A stretch of DNA of 52,286 nucleotides, taken from Paramecium tetraurelia (lineage: Eukaryota). The stretch is taken from assembly GCA_000165425.1 (NCBI GenBank), contig CT868656.1, forward strand, positions 310,001-362,286, read 5' to 3'. Shown here in pieces: positions 36,613 to 48,513 of this stretch. The notes below the pieces were generated by a model, which was not told the origin of the DNA, ran no database searches, and worked only from the letters and a program-made list of their open reading frames with translations. The position numbers and the translations under genes were made by a program. Position 1 is the first letter of the stretch; each line of letters opens with the position of its first letter.

Positions 36613-39600
36613 ATGTCAGAAGTACTTTAGGAGGAAAAAAATCCTTCACAATCTTAGGATAACTCACTTGAAAAGCAAAATTATAGGATACCAAAGCAAA
36701 CTCTAGTGTAAATAGTGAGTGCAGCATAGGAGAGGTTATTGGCAGAAGAGATTGAGGAACTAGAAAAAATTAAGGGTATGGAGACGATCGAAAGAGGATT
36801 AAAAACCAATTTTGAGAGAGGATTAAAAGGAGATGACTTTAGAGAGAGAGAACTGTTCTATGGAAGTAATCAAAAACCTAAGTCATTTTCAAAAACATAC
36901 TATGAAATTATCTTATAGTGTTTCGAAGTAAAAAATGAGAATAATTATAGGATTACATGATACGAGCATTATTGGTGGCTTCAATACTGTCTATTATAAT
37001 AGGAGTCTTAACTGCAGACGAGGATTGCCGTTCATTAGCTTGGATAGAGGGATTTGCATTATTTATGGCCATTTTCATCTGCTGTAATGTGGCAGCAATA
37101 AATGTATAAATAAGTGCCATAATTAGGATTATTAGAAGGAAAAGTAATTATAAAGTTTCAATGAGAAAACACCAAATCAATAGATGGTAACTGTGTTGAG
37201 AGATGGGAAACAAACAGTATTAGATTCTAGTAGGATTCTGGTTGGAGATATAATTTAATTGTAAGAAGGGTTGCAAATTCCAGCAGATGGATTTGTTATA
37301 TAAGCAGAAGCATTGAAAGTCGATGTATGTTCTACTTATATTATGTAAAAAGGAAAGTGCAATAACTGGTGAGACTCAGCCAATAAAGAAAGATACTTAT
37401 GAGAATTGTAAATAGAAGAAAGACGAATTATGGGATGAAAAGAATTCCTTGTACAAATATGATATTCCCTCTCCAGTGTTGTTGAGTGGTGCAACAATAT
37501 TGTAAGGAGAGGGTAAAATGGTAGTGGCAGTAGTGGGAGAAGCAAGTTGTATTGGTAAGATCTCATCTTTAGAAGAAAAAGAAGTATAATAGACTGTTTT
37601 ATAAGCGAAATTAGAAGCGGTAAGTTCAAGTGTTGGTTTTTATGGGGTGATATTTTCAGGATTAATATTTATTGTTTTGCTATTTAGATTTATACTTTAA
37701 AGAATTAGAGAAGATACATTTGAAAAGTAACACATTAATGAGTTGCTAAATTTGATTATTGCTTCAATTAGTGTAGTTATAATTGCAATTCCTGATAGCT
37801 TCCCATTTGCTATAACAATTTGTTTGGCATATTCTATTAAAAGAATGTTAAACGACAATATTCTAGTAAAAAAGTTAGCTGCCCTTGAAATTTCTGGATA
37901 CATTGACATAATTTGCACAGATAAGACTGGAACATTAACACAGAATAAAATGACTATGGTCAAGATTTGGAATGATGAAACCATAGATATTGATGCTTAC
38001 AGCAATAACCTAAACTTAAGTACGTATTTACCAACTGAAATGCATGAATTATTTATTTAATCATCCATAGTGAATGGAAATGCTGAGATCAGACCCTAAG
38101 AAATAGGAAGTCTAACAGAAGTGGCCTTAATTTTATTTGCTGAGAAATGTGGTATCAATTATGAAAAGGAAAGAGAAATACATCAAACAACATTGACTAT
38201 ACCTTTCTCCAGTTAGAGAAAAAGGAGAACAAGTATTATAGGAGGAAAACGACTAGTTGTTCATGGAGGTTCAGAAATTATTGTAGAAGGATGCAATAAA
38301 TTCCATTCTAAATCAAAGGGAGTCATCCCTATTGATACTACTCTTCGAAAGTAAATTGAGGATAATTTGAATTTAATGGGTGCTTAGGCTATAAGAACTT
38401 TAGCATTTGCATACAAAGATTTGAATGGAGATGAGGATCTTGTCAGCAAAAATCAAAGGGATGTATATGATATCGAAGCTTAAGATCTTACTCTGATTGC
38501 TATTGTCGGAATCAAGGATACTTTAAGGTTTGGAATACCATAAGCAATTAGAAGTCTTTAGACTGCTGGAATCAAAGTATAAATGATTACTGGAGACAAT
38601 AAAATCACTTCCAGAGCCATTGCTGAAGATAGTCGGATATTAATTAATAAAAATAAATCTCTTGTTTTAGAAGGACCTGAATTCATTCAAAGAGTTGGTA
38701 GGTTAGTGTGTAAATGGTGTCAAACACCTGATTGTGATTGTCCAAGTGATCCATCATCTGCCAAAACTTTACGCAAATAAATGAGAGTTGATACTATTCA
38801 AAATTAGGAAGAATTTGATAAAATCTATCCTTAGTTAGATGTGTTGGCTAGAAGCAGACCTGAAGATAAGTATACACTTGTATAAGGTCTATAAGAACGA
38901 GGACATGTTGTAGCTGTAGCTGGAGATGGTACTAACGATGGTAACATATGTATTTTACTATTATTATAGCTCCTGCATTAAGTAAGGCTGACGTAGGTAT
39001 TGCTCTTGGTATTTCAGCAACTGAAATAGCCTAGAAAAGTGCCTCTATCATATTGTTAGATGACAATTTTAGTTCGATTATCAAATTAATTTTTTGGGGT
39101 AGGAATATTTAAGACTCAATTAAGAAATTGATTCAATTTCAATTAACAGCCATCATTGTGATTGTAGCTACGACTTTAATATCTTCTATTTTTATTAAAC
39201 AAGAAATCTTTAAGCCCATATAATTACTTTGGATTAACTTAATAATAGATTCCTTTGCATCTTTAGCCCTTGCAACTGAAGCTCCCTCTCCAAATATATT
39301 AAGAAGGAAATGTGAGGATAAAAATGCGCCCATTATAAATTCCAGAATGCTCAAACACATTTTAGGATAGGCCACCTATCAAATTGTTATCATATCAATT
39401 CTTTTGTTTTATGCTCATACCTTTGTTCCTGAATTTAAGGGAGAAGAAGATGAATAATTATACTATACGGGTAAATTACAATTCAAATATTCGAATACTT
39501 ACTTTGACCAGAATAGTAAGCTTCACACCTGTCCTGATTATGAGGATCATTGTAATCTTATCTCTTAGGGCACAGAGTATAATGTAAATGGAACAGAAAA

Positions 39601-40063
39601 CTACCTCACTTTTTATAAAAAAACCTATATTTCTTCTAGATAATTTACATTTATATTTAACACTTTTGTAATGATGCAATTATTCAATTTTTTTAATGCT
39701 AGAAGAATCAAAGATGAGTTGAATATTTTCTAAGGAATATTTAGGAATACAGTATTTTTAATTACATTTTTTGGAATCCTTGTGTTGTAAATTCTTATTG
39801 TTACTTATGGAGGAATAGTGTTTCACTGCTATTCATTTAATGGGCTTCGTATTGAATAATGGTATATAAACTTATAGATATTTAGGTTAATTTGCATATA
39901 TTTTGCACTAGGAGGATTGGTTGTTAGGTCAATACTAATACTAATTCCGAATTCAATGCTGGAGATTTTTACAGGAAATGTTTCTAGAAAGAGTCGTAAA
40001 TTGCAACCTCATTATCAAGTCATAGAATTTAAAAATCTCAAGAATTAAACTTAAGAGAATTGA
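36613..40063 (+). CDS. P-type IIB (PMCA-like) ATPase, divergent
   Basis: Motifs DESAITGET, DKTGTLTQNKM, MITGDN, LARSRPEDK, GDGTNDAPAL, QLLWINLIIDSFASLALATE and FNTFVMMQLFN. The frame stays intact across tiny introns. Confidence 0.92.
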
Positions 40064-40109
40064 TCATATAAAATAATTATAATTAATAATCTAAATATTC
40101 GGAATTAAA

Positions 40110-41338
40110 ATGCAGGAAGTAAATGAAAGAAAAATGTCAACAATCACAAAGAATGATAATGTTTTGGATTTGGTTAAGATCAAAGTTAGATTAGATGAAC
40201 ATTTTTATATATTCTCTCGTTTCATGATAAGCAGAATGTTAACATTGTCTAGAATAAAAAAATTAGATGCCATCTAAATCGCCAAAGACATTAAAAAATA
40301 ATTAATAGATAGGAATTCTCTTGAAATTAGTTCAATGAACTAGAAGTTATTATCTTTTAGACAATGAATAAATTAGGATATTAGAATAACATCCAAAAAT
40401 ATCAAATGGTTTCAAAGTACTAAATCAAACAATCGTAGTTTCTATCGACACAGAACTCCTATGATCATCATCATTTTTGGTGCCCCAAGCATAGGAAAAT
40501 CTCTATTAGCAAATAACTTAGCAGAAAGACTTAATATCTCAAATGTCTTACAAACTGATATTGTGGAAATGGTTATGAGGAGTATAAATCCAGAGTAATC
40601 CACTTATGATGAAAATGAAGATTTCATTCCTAAATTTAAGAAAGTAAAAGAATTAGAATTAATTAAGAGAATTGCAGATTGATCAGAAGAGGAGTTTCAA
40701 CCGATATATCTAAATGTTTATCTGAGGGCAAAGCAGTCATTATTGAAGGAAGTGCAGCAATGCCAGAATATTATTTAGAAGCTATTGATCACTCAGATCC
40801 TGAGGATGATCAACAATAATTTCAATTAATTGAAAGCTTCACTTAAAATGATATTAAACTCAAAAAACCTCAAAGAAAAGATTTGTTACTTTTTAATTAA
40901 TAGAAAAAATTAAACACACAATTTAAAATCATCTTCCCATAACCAGATTTAGATGTAGAAGATGAATAAAAAGTTCAAAAACTATTAAAATTAAGCAAAG
41001 ATTTGGATAAGATTGTAAATCTTTGATACATTCAATTAGGATTAATCTCATTCAATGATTTTAGGTTTCTTGCCAATCTTATCTAAAAATGACCACTTAT
41101 ATAATATTGAAAATAACACAATTAAAAAGATACCAAAAGACTTAATCGAGGAAAAATTAAATTAATTTTAATCTATTCAAAATGAACTATTAAAATAAAG
41201 AAATAAATGCATTCTCTTACCTATTAATCTACATAATTTAGAAGAAACACTAGTAATATATATATATTATATAAGGACACGATGCATGATATCATATTAT
41301 AAAAAATATTAGATCAATCCACTGGATATAAAAGGTGA
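40110..41338 (+). CDS. 2-phosphoglycerate kinase-like / LPA1-like P-loop NTPase with an apparent 1-nt frameshift near 40332 (pseudogene or sequence error)
   Basis: FSRFMISRML...IAKDIKKQLIDRNSLEIS, then in the -1 frame NELEVIIFQTMNKLGY..FYRHRTPMIIIIFGAPSIGKS..NVLQTD..GKAVIIEG. The unshifted frame stops at TGA 40365-40367. Confidence 0.8.
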
Positions 41339-41393
41339 AATTGTAATATATATATATATATCAAATACCAAAATAGTTATTACAAAAATGCTT

Positions 41394-43086
41394 TCATTCG
41401 AATTTAGAAACTGCCAAATCTTCTGAACTATCTTCTTGCTTTATTTATAATCCATTTATAGAATTAAAACTATCATCAGTTATCTTACTTTTAATTTCAG
41501 GAGCATCAATTTACTCTTCTATTTCATTGGCTGTTTAATTTGGACTAAAATTTTACTCAAGCTGTTGACTGCTTAAATAAAATTGCTCATTCGTGCTTCC
41601 TTATTATTAATTCTAAGATTATTATGAAGATAATCGATGGTTATAAGATGACAATCCAAGGGGTCTAGTAAATGTGCTTGAAAACTTTCCGTATTTTGTT
41701 TGATATTCTGAATTATCACCTTCATAATACAAATCTTTAACTCCTTGACTGACTTAGGAGTATTTATAACCGAATTCGTTATCAGTCTTGCTATCATCGA
41801 ACTGCTCATGAGAAAAATGGCTGCCATTTTAGAATTCTTGAGTATGTCGAAGAAAACTCTATACTGCTTTCTTTTATAACTAAGTTTATGCTGTAAATTT
41901 GTTTGAGTTAGATTTTGCATAAACAGGAGGTTTATTCATATTAACTTCTTCTATCACTTATAAGCCAGTTGCCAATTTAATTGTTTTCTCTAGCAAACAC
42001 TCCTAAGAGAGCTACTTAGTTAGATTTCCACCAATTTATGATAACTTTTTAGATCTATTTGATGAAATCTAAGATAATTATCCTTTTGAATTTAAGGCTT
42101 AGTTTTGATTTAAAGCCTAATTTTGAATTTGTAATGATTGTAATGGTTGTTATTATGATAAACTTTTAGTTTGGAATTGATTTTTTTAATTTGAAGATTA
42201 TTTCTAGTGTGATAGCTGTGCTCTTTTTGGATTTTAATTTAAAGCTTAAGTTTATGACTTAGTTTTTAGTCCTGAATGCGAATTTTTTTATAATTCTTAA
42301 GGGTTTGAGTATTTTTACTTGCTCTAGTTTTTTTTACTATCCGATTCTGTTTATACTATTTTTTCTTGAGAATTTGATATTGTAGATAGGCGTCTTTGTT
42401 ATGAAGAACCAAATTGATTTTTTCTTAATTCTGTCTTTTCTGATTATGCTCTTGTGCTGTTTGGCAATAGTTCTAATATTCGCTTCTCACAAATCTTCTA
42501 AATTAAGCAATGTCCATCACTAAATTAGGAAATTAGTATACTTAATATTATTAGTCTAAGTACCCTCATAGATCTTCTTTAATCTACAAAGAGAATGAAT
42601 GCTCAGCATTCTGAATTAAAGTTCGGTGTCTTTAAAGAAGCTTTCAATATCAAACGAAAGACTGATCCATTTATTGGTTAGTATAAAAGCACTTGAGATC
42701 TTGACTTCATCTAACTTTTTGCTATAGGCTTGTTGTAGATTGGGACTGACTACTATTTTGAAATACTTGTATCTATAAATATTAGAGGATTACTTCTTAT
42801 TTATTGGAAAGTTCAAGTATAAATTTTAGTTTTTCAATCAAATACATTTGAATGTATATTTTAGAACCTTTAATTTAAACTTCATTGGAATTATGATAGG
42901 TGAATAAATTAGAAGGTCCAACTTTTAGAACAAAACCTCTATATGAATATTAATTTATACTTTTCGTTGTTTTATCAAATATAACATTCTCAGATTATTG
43001 AGACTTCAGTTCTATCTATAGAGATGCATCTTACCTCTACAATCAAACAAAGTATTCTCTTGGCTTATCTTTGGTAAGTGAATCAT
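41394..43086 (-). CDS. CFAP20-domain-containing protein (CFAP20DC/C3orf67-like) with long S/Q-rich tail
   Basis: IYIQMYL...KWISLSFDIESFF...LSIHSLCRLKKIY resembles the CFA20 domain C-terminus (W..I.F.L....I..NCRLRRIY). TGA 41394-41396. Confidence 0.65.
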
Positions 43087-43132
43087 TAGTACAACTGTAA
43101 ATATTATATTTAATAAATCATAAAACTAATTA

Positions 43133-44041
43133 ATGCAAAAAAGAGTTAGCGACATTACTACTTTAAAAATTCGAACCACCAATCCAAACGGTTTTCATAA
43201 ATCATAACTTTCTTAGACATCTCTCAAAGTGACCAGCCCTTTTTTAACCAGAGACTCGATCAAACGAGAGATAATATTCAAATTCCATAATCCGTTTAGG
43301 AGATCCTCTTCCCTAACTTTTAATTAAGATCTTTGACATCTGTAATTGCCTTGTTACTTACCTTAAATTATATATGTCAATACATCTATTACAAAGTTTC
43401 AGGATATAAATATTTTGGATGTGTATTATATGAATTGGGTGCATTTTACGCAGCTGATGTGATTAATGAATGTACTAATCATTTGGAATTAAGATGAGTA
43501 CTATAGATACATTACTGGGACGTTGTATTTTGGCAGTATATACAATGCTATCATTTTTGTGATTACATTCACAATGTAAGCCTATACTTTAGAATACTTA
43601 TTGGGAAAGTTTGTGTTTTTTATATATTTAAATGCAGGAATCTATGGTTTAGTGTTCTCAGCCTTGATTTATAAAAATTCTATCACCACAGGAAATTGCG
43701 GAATTATTTTTACCGTCCTAGTTCTCTATGGGTCTAACCTAATTAAGAAATATCATGAGATGGAAAATGCCAAAGCCATCTTAGGCCTTTTTTTTATACT
43801 TTTAATTTTAAACTTTTTAACCATTTTAGAAACTCAAAATACTAATATTTGCATAGTGACTGGCGGAATAATTAATGGGATTGGTATATCAATCTTTATT
43901 CATTTTCGTAATATCAATGAAAAATCAAAAAAAGTTACCTATATTATATTATTTGTAATTTATTCTGTTGAAATAATGCTGTTTGGATTGTTGCAGAATG
44001 TAGATGTTGATAAAATATTCTAAATTAATTTATTTTGTTGA
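43133..44041 (+). CDS. Rhomboid-family membrane protein, predicted catalytically inactive
   Basis: LFPNFQLRS, LYELGAFY..INEYEYYRYIT (WR-loop-like), TTGNCG at the GxSG position and IVTGG at the AHxGG position. Introns 43191-43216 and 43472-43493. Confidence 0.75.
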
Positions 44042-44125
44042 CGTATAAATTTATTTCTAAGAATTACTCTATTTTCTAAAATAGTATTTGTAATATCATT
44101 TTTTATATAATAATTAAAAATAAAA

Positions 44126-45330
44126 ATGGATAACTAAGAAACTAAAGAAAATCAAGAAAAATAATTTATTTGTATTGACCCAAAATGCGATTAATAAAAT
44201 AGATTATTCAAATCGAAAAATGAGAATCATCCTCATAAGTCTCATGATCATTAAGTATACTCTGAATTCTAAAAACTAATTCGTGCATAATTTCCATAAT
44301 AAATTAGAGAATAGATTAATCAATAATTTAGCAAAGATGAATTGATTAAAGCAATCCAAACGCGATCTGTATAAATGCATGAGTCCGTTAAAAATTTTGA
44401 AGAAAATCTAATTAAGTATATGTAACTCATTATGAATCTTTAGAACTATCGAAGCATATGATATTTTGGGTGCTGATAAAGCTTCAATTAATCAAACTTT
44501 AAGTTAATTAAATGAACAAAATCCTCCATAACAACTTAATATTTAAGGATTAATGCATGTGCTAAAATTCAATAAATTGGGTCCCCAAAAGGTTTTGGAA
44601 AAATGGAAAAGGGAAAACGATATCATCCTCAAAGAACTTAGCACTTAAGCAGATGCAGCCTTAAAAACTCTAGGGAATGTAACCATTTCAAGTTATATGC
44701 ACATTTAACATTTATAAAGCCCATTGATTTTATAAAAGTAATTCCTAATTCTATATGTAGAATGCACTTTGCTTGGAGTTAAAGTTATAAGGCAAGTTCT
44801 ATTACAATCAGAGAAGATGCAGCATATGAGAAAGGAAATTCAATGGGATTGATTTGTATCTAATAGATTTTGGAAAAAGATTAAGTACAAAGTCTCACCA
44901 TTGATGTTAAAGAAAGAGCTGGAGTATTGTAAAATTGAATAATTAGAATCTTTACATAGGAGTGGTCGATATGAATGAAAGAAAGTAAAGAGGTAGAAAA
45001 GCATTCAGTTTCCATGATTGGAATGAATCAGGACATGGATTATATCTGCTCTATCATGGAGGATGTAGAAGAATCTCCTTATACTAGATGTTTTTAGTTC
45101 GAATGATCCATCAATAAATAGTAAGAAGGCTGGTTTTACGTTTGATTAAAGCGACAAGATTATTCTAACTTGGAATGGGCCCGAGCATGCTGTCACTATT
45201 CTTAAGGTAGGAAGTAGTCATGTAATAATCAAAAAAATTATATTAGCAATTTACATTCAAAGTTAATCCTGATGGATAATATCATTTTGCAGCAGGTTTG
45301 TTCAAATGTGAGATAAGGTTGCTTGAATGA
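44126..45330 (+). CDS. Protein with degenerate N-terminal Cys/His motif, helical region and C-terminal SPRY-like beta domain
   Basis: FICIDPKCDQQNRL..HPHKSHDH at the N-terminus. LYIGVVD..SGHGLYLLYHGG..GFTFDQSDKIILTW..YHFAAGL at the C-terminus. Several tiny introns. Confidence 0.7.
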
Positions 45331-45672
45331 TTAATTTAATTCTAATGATTAAATAAATATAAAAGAAAACATTTTTATAAATTCACCCCTAATAATGTTT
45401 TTATTAACAAAATAGTAAGGATTTAAAACTTATTCATCTTGATATTAACATAAAAAGATTTAATCTTATGATAGATAAATTTTCAAAGAATCATAATGTA
45501 GGATTTAATTTTTTTTAATCCTCAATAATTATTTAGAATACAGATAACTCATAAGATTTAATTTGATTTATTATAAAGCTAACTTAGATTTCATGGCACT
45601 TATTATTATGAAAAGGAAATTGAATTATTATATAATATCGAAATTAATTAATTTATAAATTTATTATATAAT

Positions 45673-46321
45673 ATGGCTGACGACTACGATGAAGAATTTG
45701 GAGAGGTGCATTATTTAAAAAAATAGTTAGCTTGGATTAGTGATTGGTGATTTTAATATTCCATCAAGAGCGTCTGATTTACCCCCTTAATTCAAGGATC
45801 TTTTAGTCCCCAATAAAGTGTAATATGTATTTTGCACAGGAAACATTGGGAATAGAGAAACAACAGATTGGGTAAAGACATTATCTGGAAATACCCATTT
45901 CGTCAAAGGAGACTTTGATGAGTCTAAAGATATTCCTGAAACAAAAATCATATAGATTGGTTCATGGAAATTAGCTTTAGTTCATGGTCATCAAGTAATA
46001 AAAAAAAAATCATCTATTAGATTATCCCTGCTGGAGATGATGAATCATTATACACATTCTTGAAAGAGATGGAAGCAGATGTGCTTATAACAGGATTTAC
46101 TGGTGTCGCTAAGGTTTCAGCTGTAGAGAAAAAATATATTATCAATCCTGGATCAGTCACAGGAGGTTTTAATGGATAATAATAGTAAAATAAAGGCAAT
46201 ATTTAGATCTATTCCATCATTTTTAATTTTAGAATTTAAAAAGGAAAAAATTTAAGTTTTTATTTACACTCTAGATGGAGATGTAAAAATAGATAAGCAA
46301 GAGTTACCATTATAGAAATGA
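45673..46321 (+). CDS. VPS29: Retromer subunit VPS29
   Basis: LVIGDFNIPSRASDLPPQFKDLLVPNKVQYVFCTGN, HFVKGDFD, LVHGHQ.IPAGD and INPGSVTG. Three introns. Confidence 0.95.
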
Positions 46322-47012
46322 ATAAATTAAATCACATTAATATTTTTATGAAAACCAATAATCTTGTCCTGTAAAATCTAGCTCTTTCTTTAACTTTTCG
46401 AAAATCTTTGCTATCAATCTCTTATGAATTTCCTAATTATTACTGTCAATTTTAAAGAAGTCCGTAAATTTCTTTTTATTTTGACTATTGATATTGATGA
46501 ACTCCTTAATAGAATCCAAAATTTTATATGATCCAACTTAGAATAAGAAATTTGAGATCTAGCAAAAATATTGTTTATATCATTCGAAAAACAATAAACT
46601 TAGATAGAAACAAATAATATAAAAATGAAATGTGAAATGATTTATTCCTGCAGTATATGTTTTATTATTTTATTCCATATATAATCAAAATACTGTTCCA
46701 ATTTGATACCTTTTATGATTAAAATGTGATTCTAATAAGAAATAGGATACCAAAACACAAATCTTCGCCTTAATTTACTTTTGAGTCCCCACAATCGCTT
46801 AACTAGACTTTTAGAATTAAGATATAACAATCAAGAAAAAGATCTAACTCTGAGTGGTATTTTAATTATGCTTTTACAAGTACAAATCTCACAATATTAT
46901 TATACAAGAATAATGATAAGCTATTAAAAAACAAAATTTTCATTTATTTAATTATTCTTAATTTGCTAATATATTATGAATTAGAGAGTAATATCGTTAT
47001 AAGTAAAATAAA

Positions 47013-47816
47013 TCAAAAATATTAATAATCCGCAAAAACCATAAATGATAACCTTTGATCCTTTTTTTTGTGTTTAAGTTACTAAAGTTTTGTGAAAAGA
47101 CTAAAATTTAATTTATTTGTTTAATTCCTAGTAGTTGAGGTCGTCTATTTTTTTCTAGTTGAATTCGCTCTTTGAAAACTGCTTGCTCTTGATGATTTAT
47201 TTTAGTCATAACAACCATCTGCACCTGTATTTTCTTACGGTTAATTTTCATTTATAGAACAATTATGAAAGTTTGTTGAGTCCATTAGTTAAAGGGATGC
47301 TCTCTTTTTGCTCTAAACACTAGGTTTAAGGTGATTGGCTTAATTAAAATCTTAACTTCTATCAAGTGATTAAGCACATGATTTCAACTCAGTTTAATAA
47401 AGTTTTTTTAACCTTAAGTAAGAATTTTAAGAGTTATGAGAACATATTAAACTCTTTGAAATAAAAGCTTAATCAGCCTCTGCAGAGATTTTTTCAGTTA
47501 TAGAATTTGGTTTGGATCTATCACTTATAAAAGACTTTAGCTTGTTTATTCTTGAAAATAAACTTAATCTTGTTTTATTTTCATCTTCGAATTTATATTA
47601 CTTTGATGATTAATTTTAGTCTTATCCTTGGTCTTCGAAGTCTCTAAAAGTTTCAGCCAATGTGTGCCTTCGAGATTCCCTCAAGTTAGAATTGAAATAT
47701 TATATTTTACTAATCATTTCTTTCTCAAATGTTTCTGATATTTCATAACATCTTGGATAAACATATGGTTTTAAACTCATTTTCCTTTTTTAAGATTTTG
47801 TTTTACCAGAGTTCAT
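47013..47816 (-). CDS. Hypothetical S/N/Q-rich protein (267 aa, intronless)
   Basis: ATG 47816 (MNSGKTKSQKRKMSLKPYVYPRC...) is open to TGA 47013-47015. Confidence 0.65.
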
Positions 47817-48006
47817 TTTTAATTGATCTCAGTTATAATAAAATTAAATATACAATTAATAAAATGTGAGAAATTAGTTATTAAAAAGTTTTCAAAGATA
47901 CTAAGGAATTTTTACAATTTTGATTTAAAGTAAAAAATAACTTCATATAATAAATTGATGGTAAACAGAATTAAGATTTTATAAATTGCCTCTATTATTA
48001 GAATCA

Positions 48007-48513
48007 TCATTCAATTTCTTTAAGTATTTTGCCACCCTCATCTAAAGCTCTTTACATATTTTCCTTTAATCCTTTGAGAAATGCTTTGAAACATAAAACT
48101 ACAGATTGAAATTTTGACTATGCTTTATTCTAATTTGTTCTGAGCGGTTTCTATACCTTTTTAATTCTTTTAGGTGCCTATTTGTTATTTTATTTTGATT
48201 TAATTTTTTTCTTTATCTTCCTCATGATAGTGTTTGCTTTGGCCAATTTTGCTTTAGAGTATCCTATCATTATAATATCTGGGCTCTCATGAGATTTTTT
48301 CTCATCAGTATTTTAGGTTTAGGAAGATGGGGCCTTTTTTTTTGATTTAGGCGGTCTTACACTTTTTATTTATGTACTAACACGAATTCTATGTTAAGAG
48401 ATTGCTGGTTTATTATTTTCGAGCCGGTCATTATCACTTTCAATATGTGATTATGTTAAGAGATCGATCTCTAAGTCTTCTGATATCATATATTAATAAA
48501 TGGACTCTAACAT
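48007..48513 (-). CDS. Hypothetical basic protein (168 aa, intronless)
   Basis: ATG 48513 (MLESIYQYMISEDLE...), Lys-rich middle, ending LDEGGKILKEIE TGA. Confidence 0.65.

Noticed and set aside
40365..40367. In-frame TGA as selenocysteine or readthrough
   Set aside because: Homology continues in a different frame already upstream of the TGA, so a frameshift explains it and readthrough does not.
41254..41362. (TA)n runs, considered as IES ends or a mobile-element footprint
   Set aside because: One run lies in a normal intron and the other in a 3' spacer. No TA-bounded insert disrupting a frame, terminal inverted repeats or transposase were found.
1437..45330. RBX1, EGF-RING, B-box-PHR and SPRY-like genes as a ubiquitin gene cluster
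   Set aside because: They are dispersed among unrelated genes and belong to large families, so there is no evidence of functional clustering.
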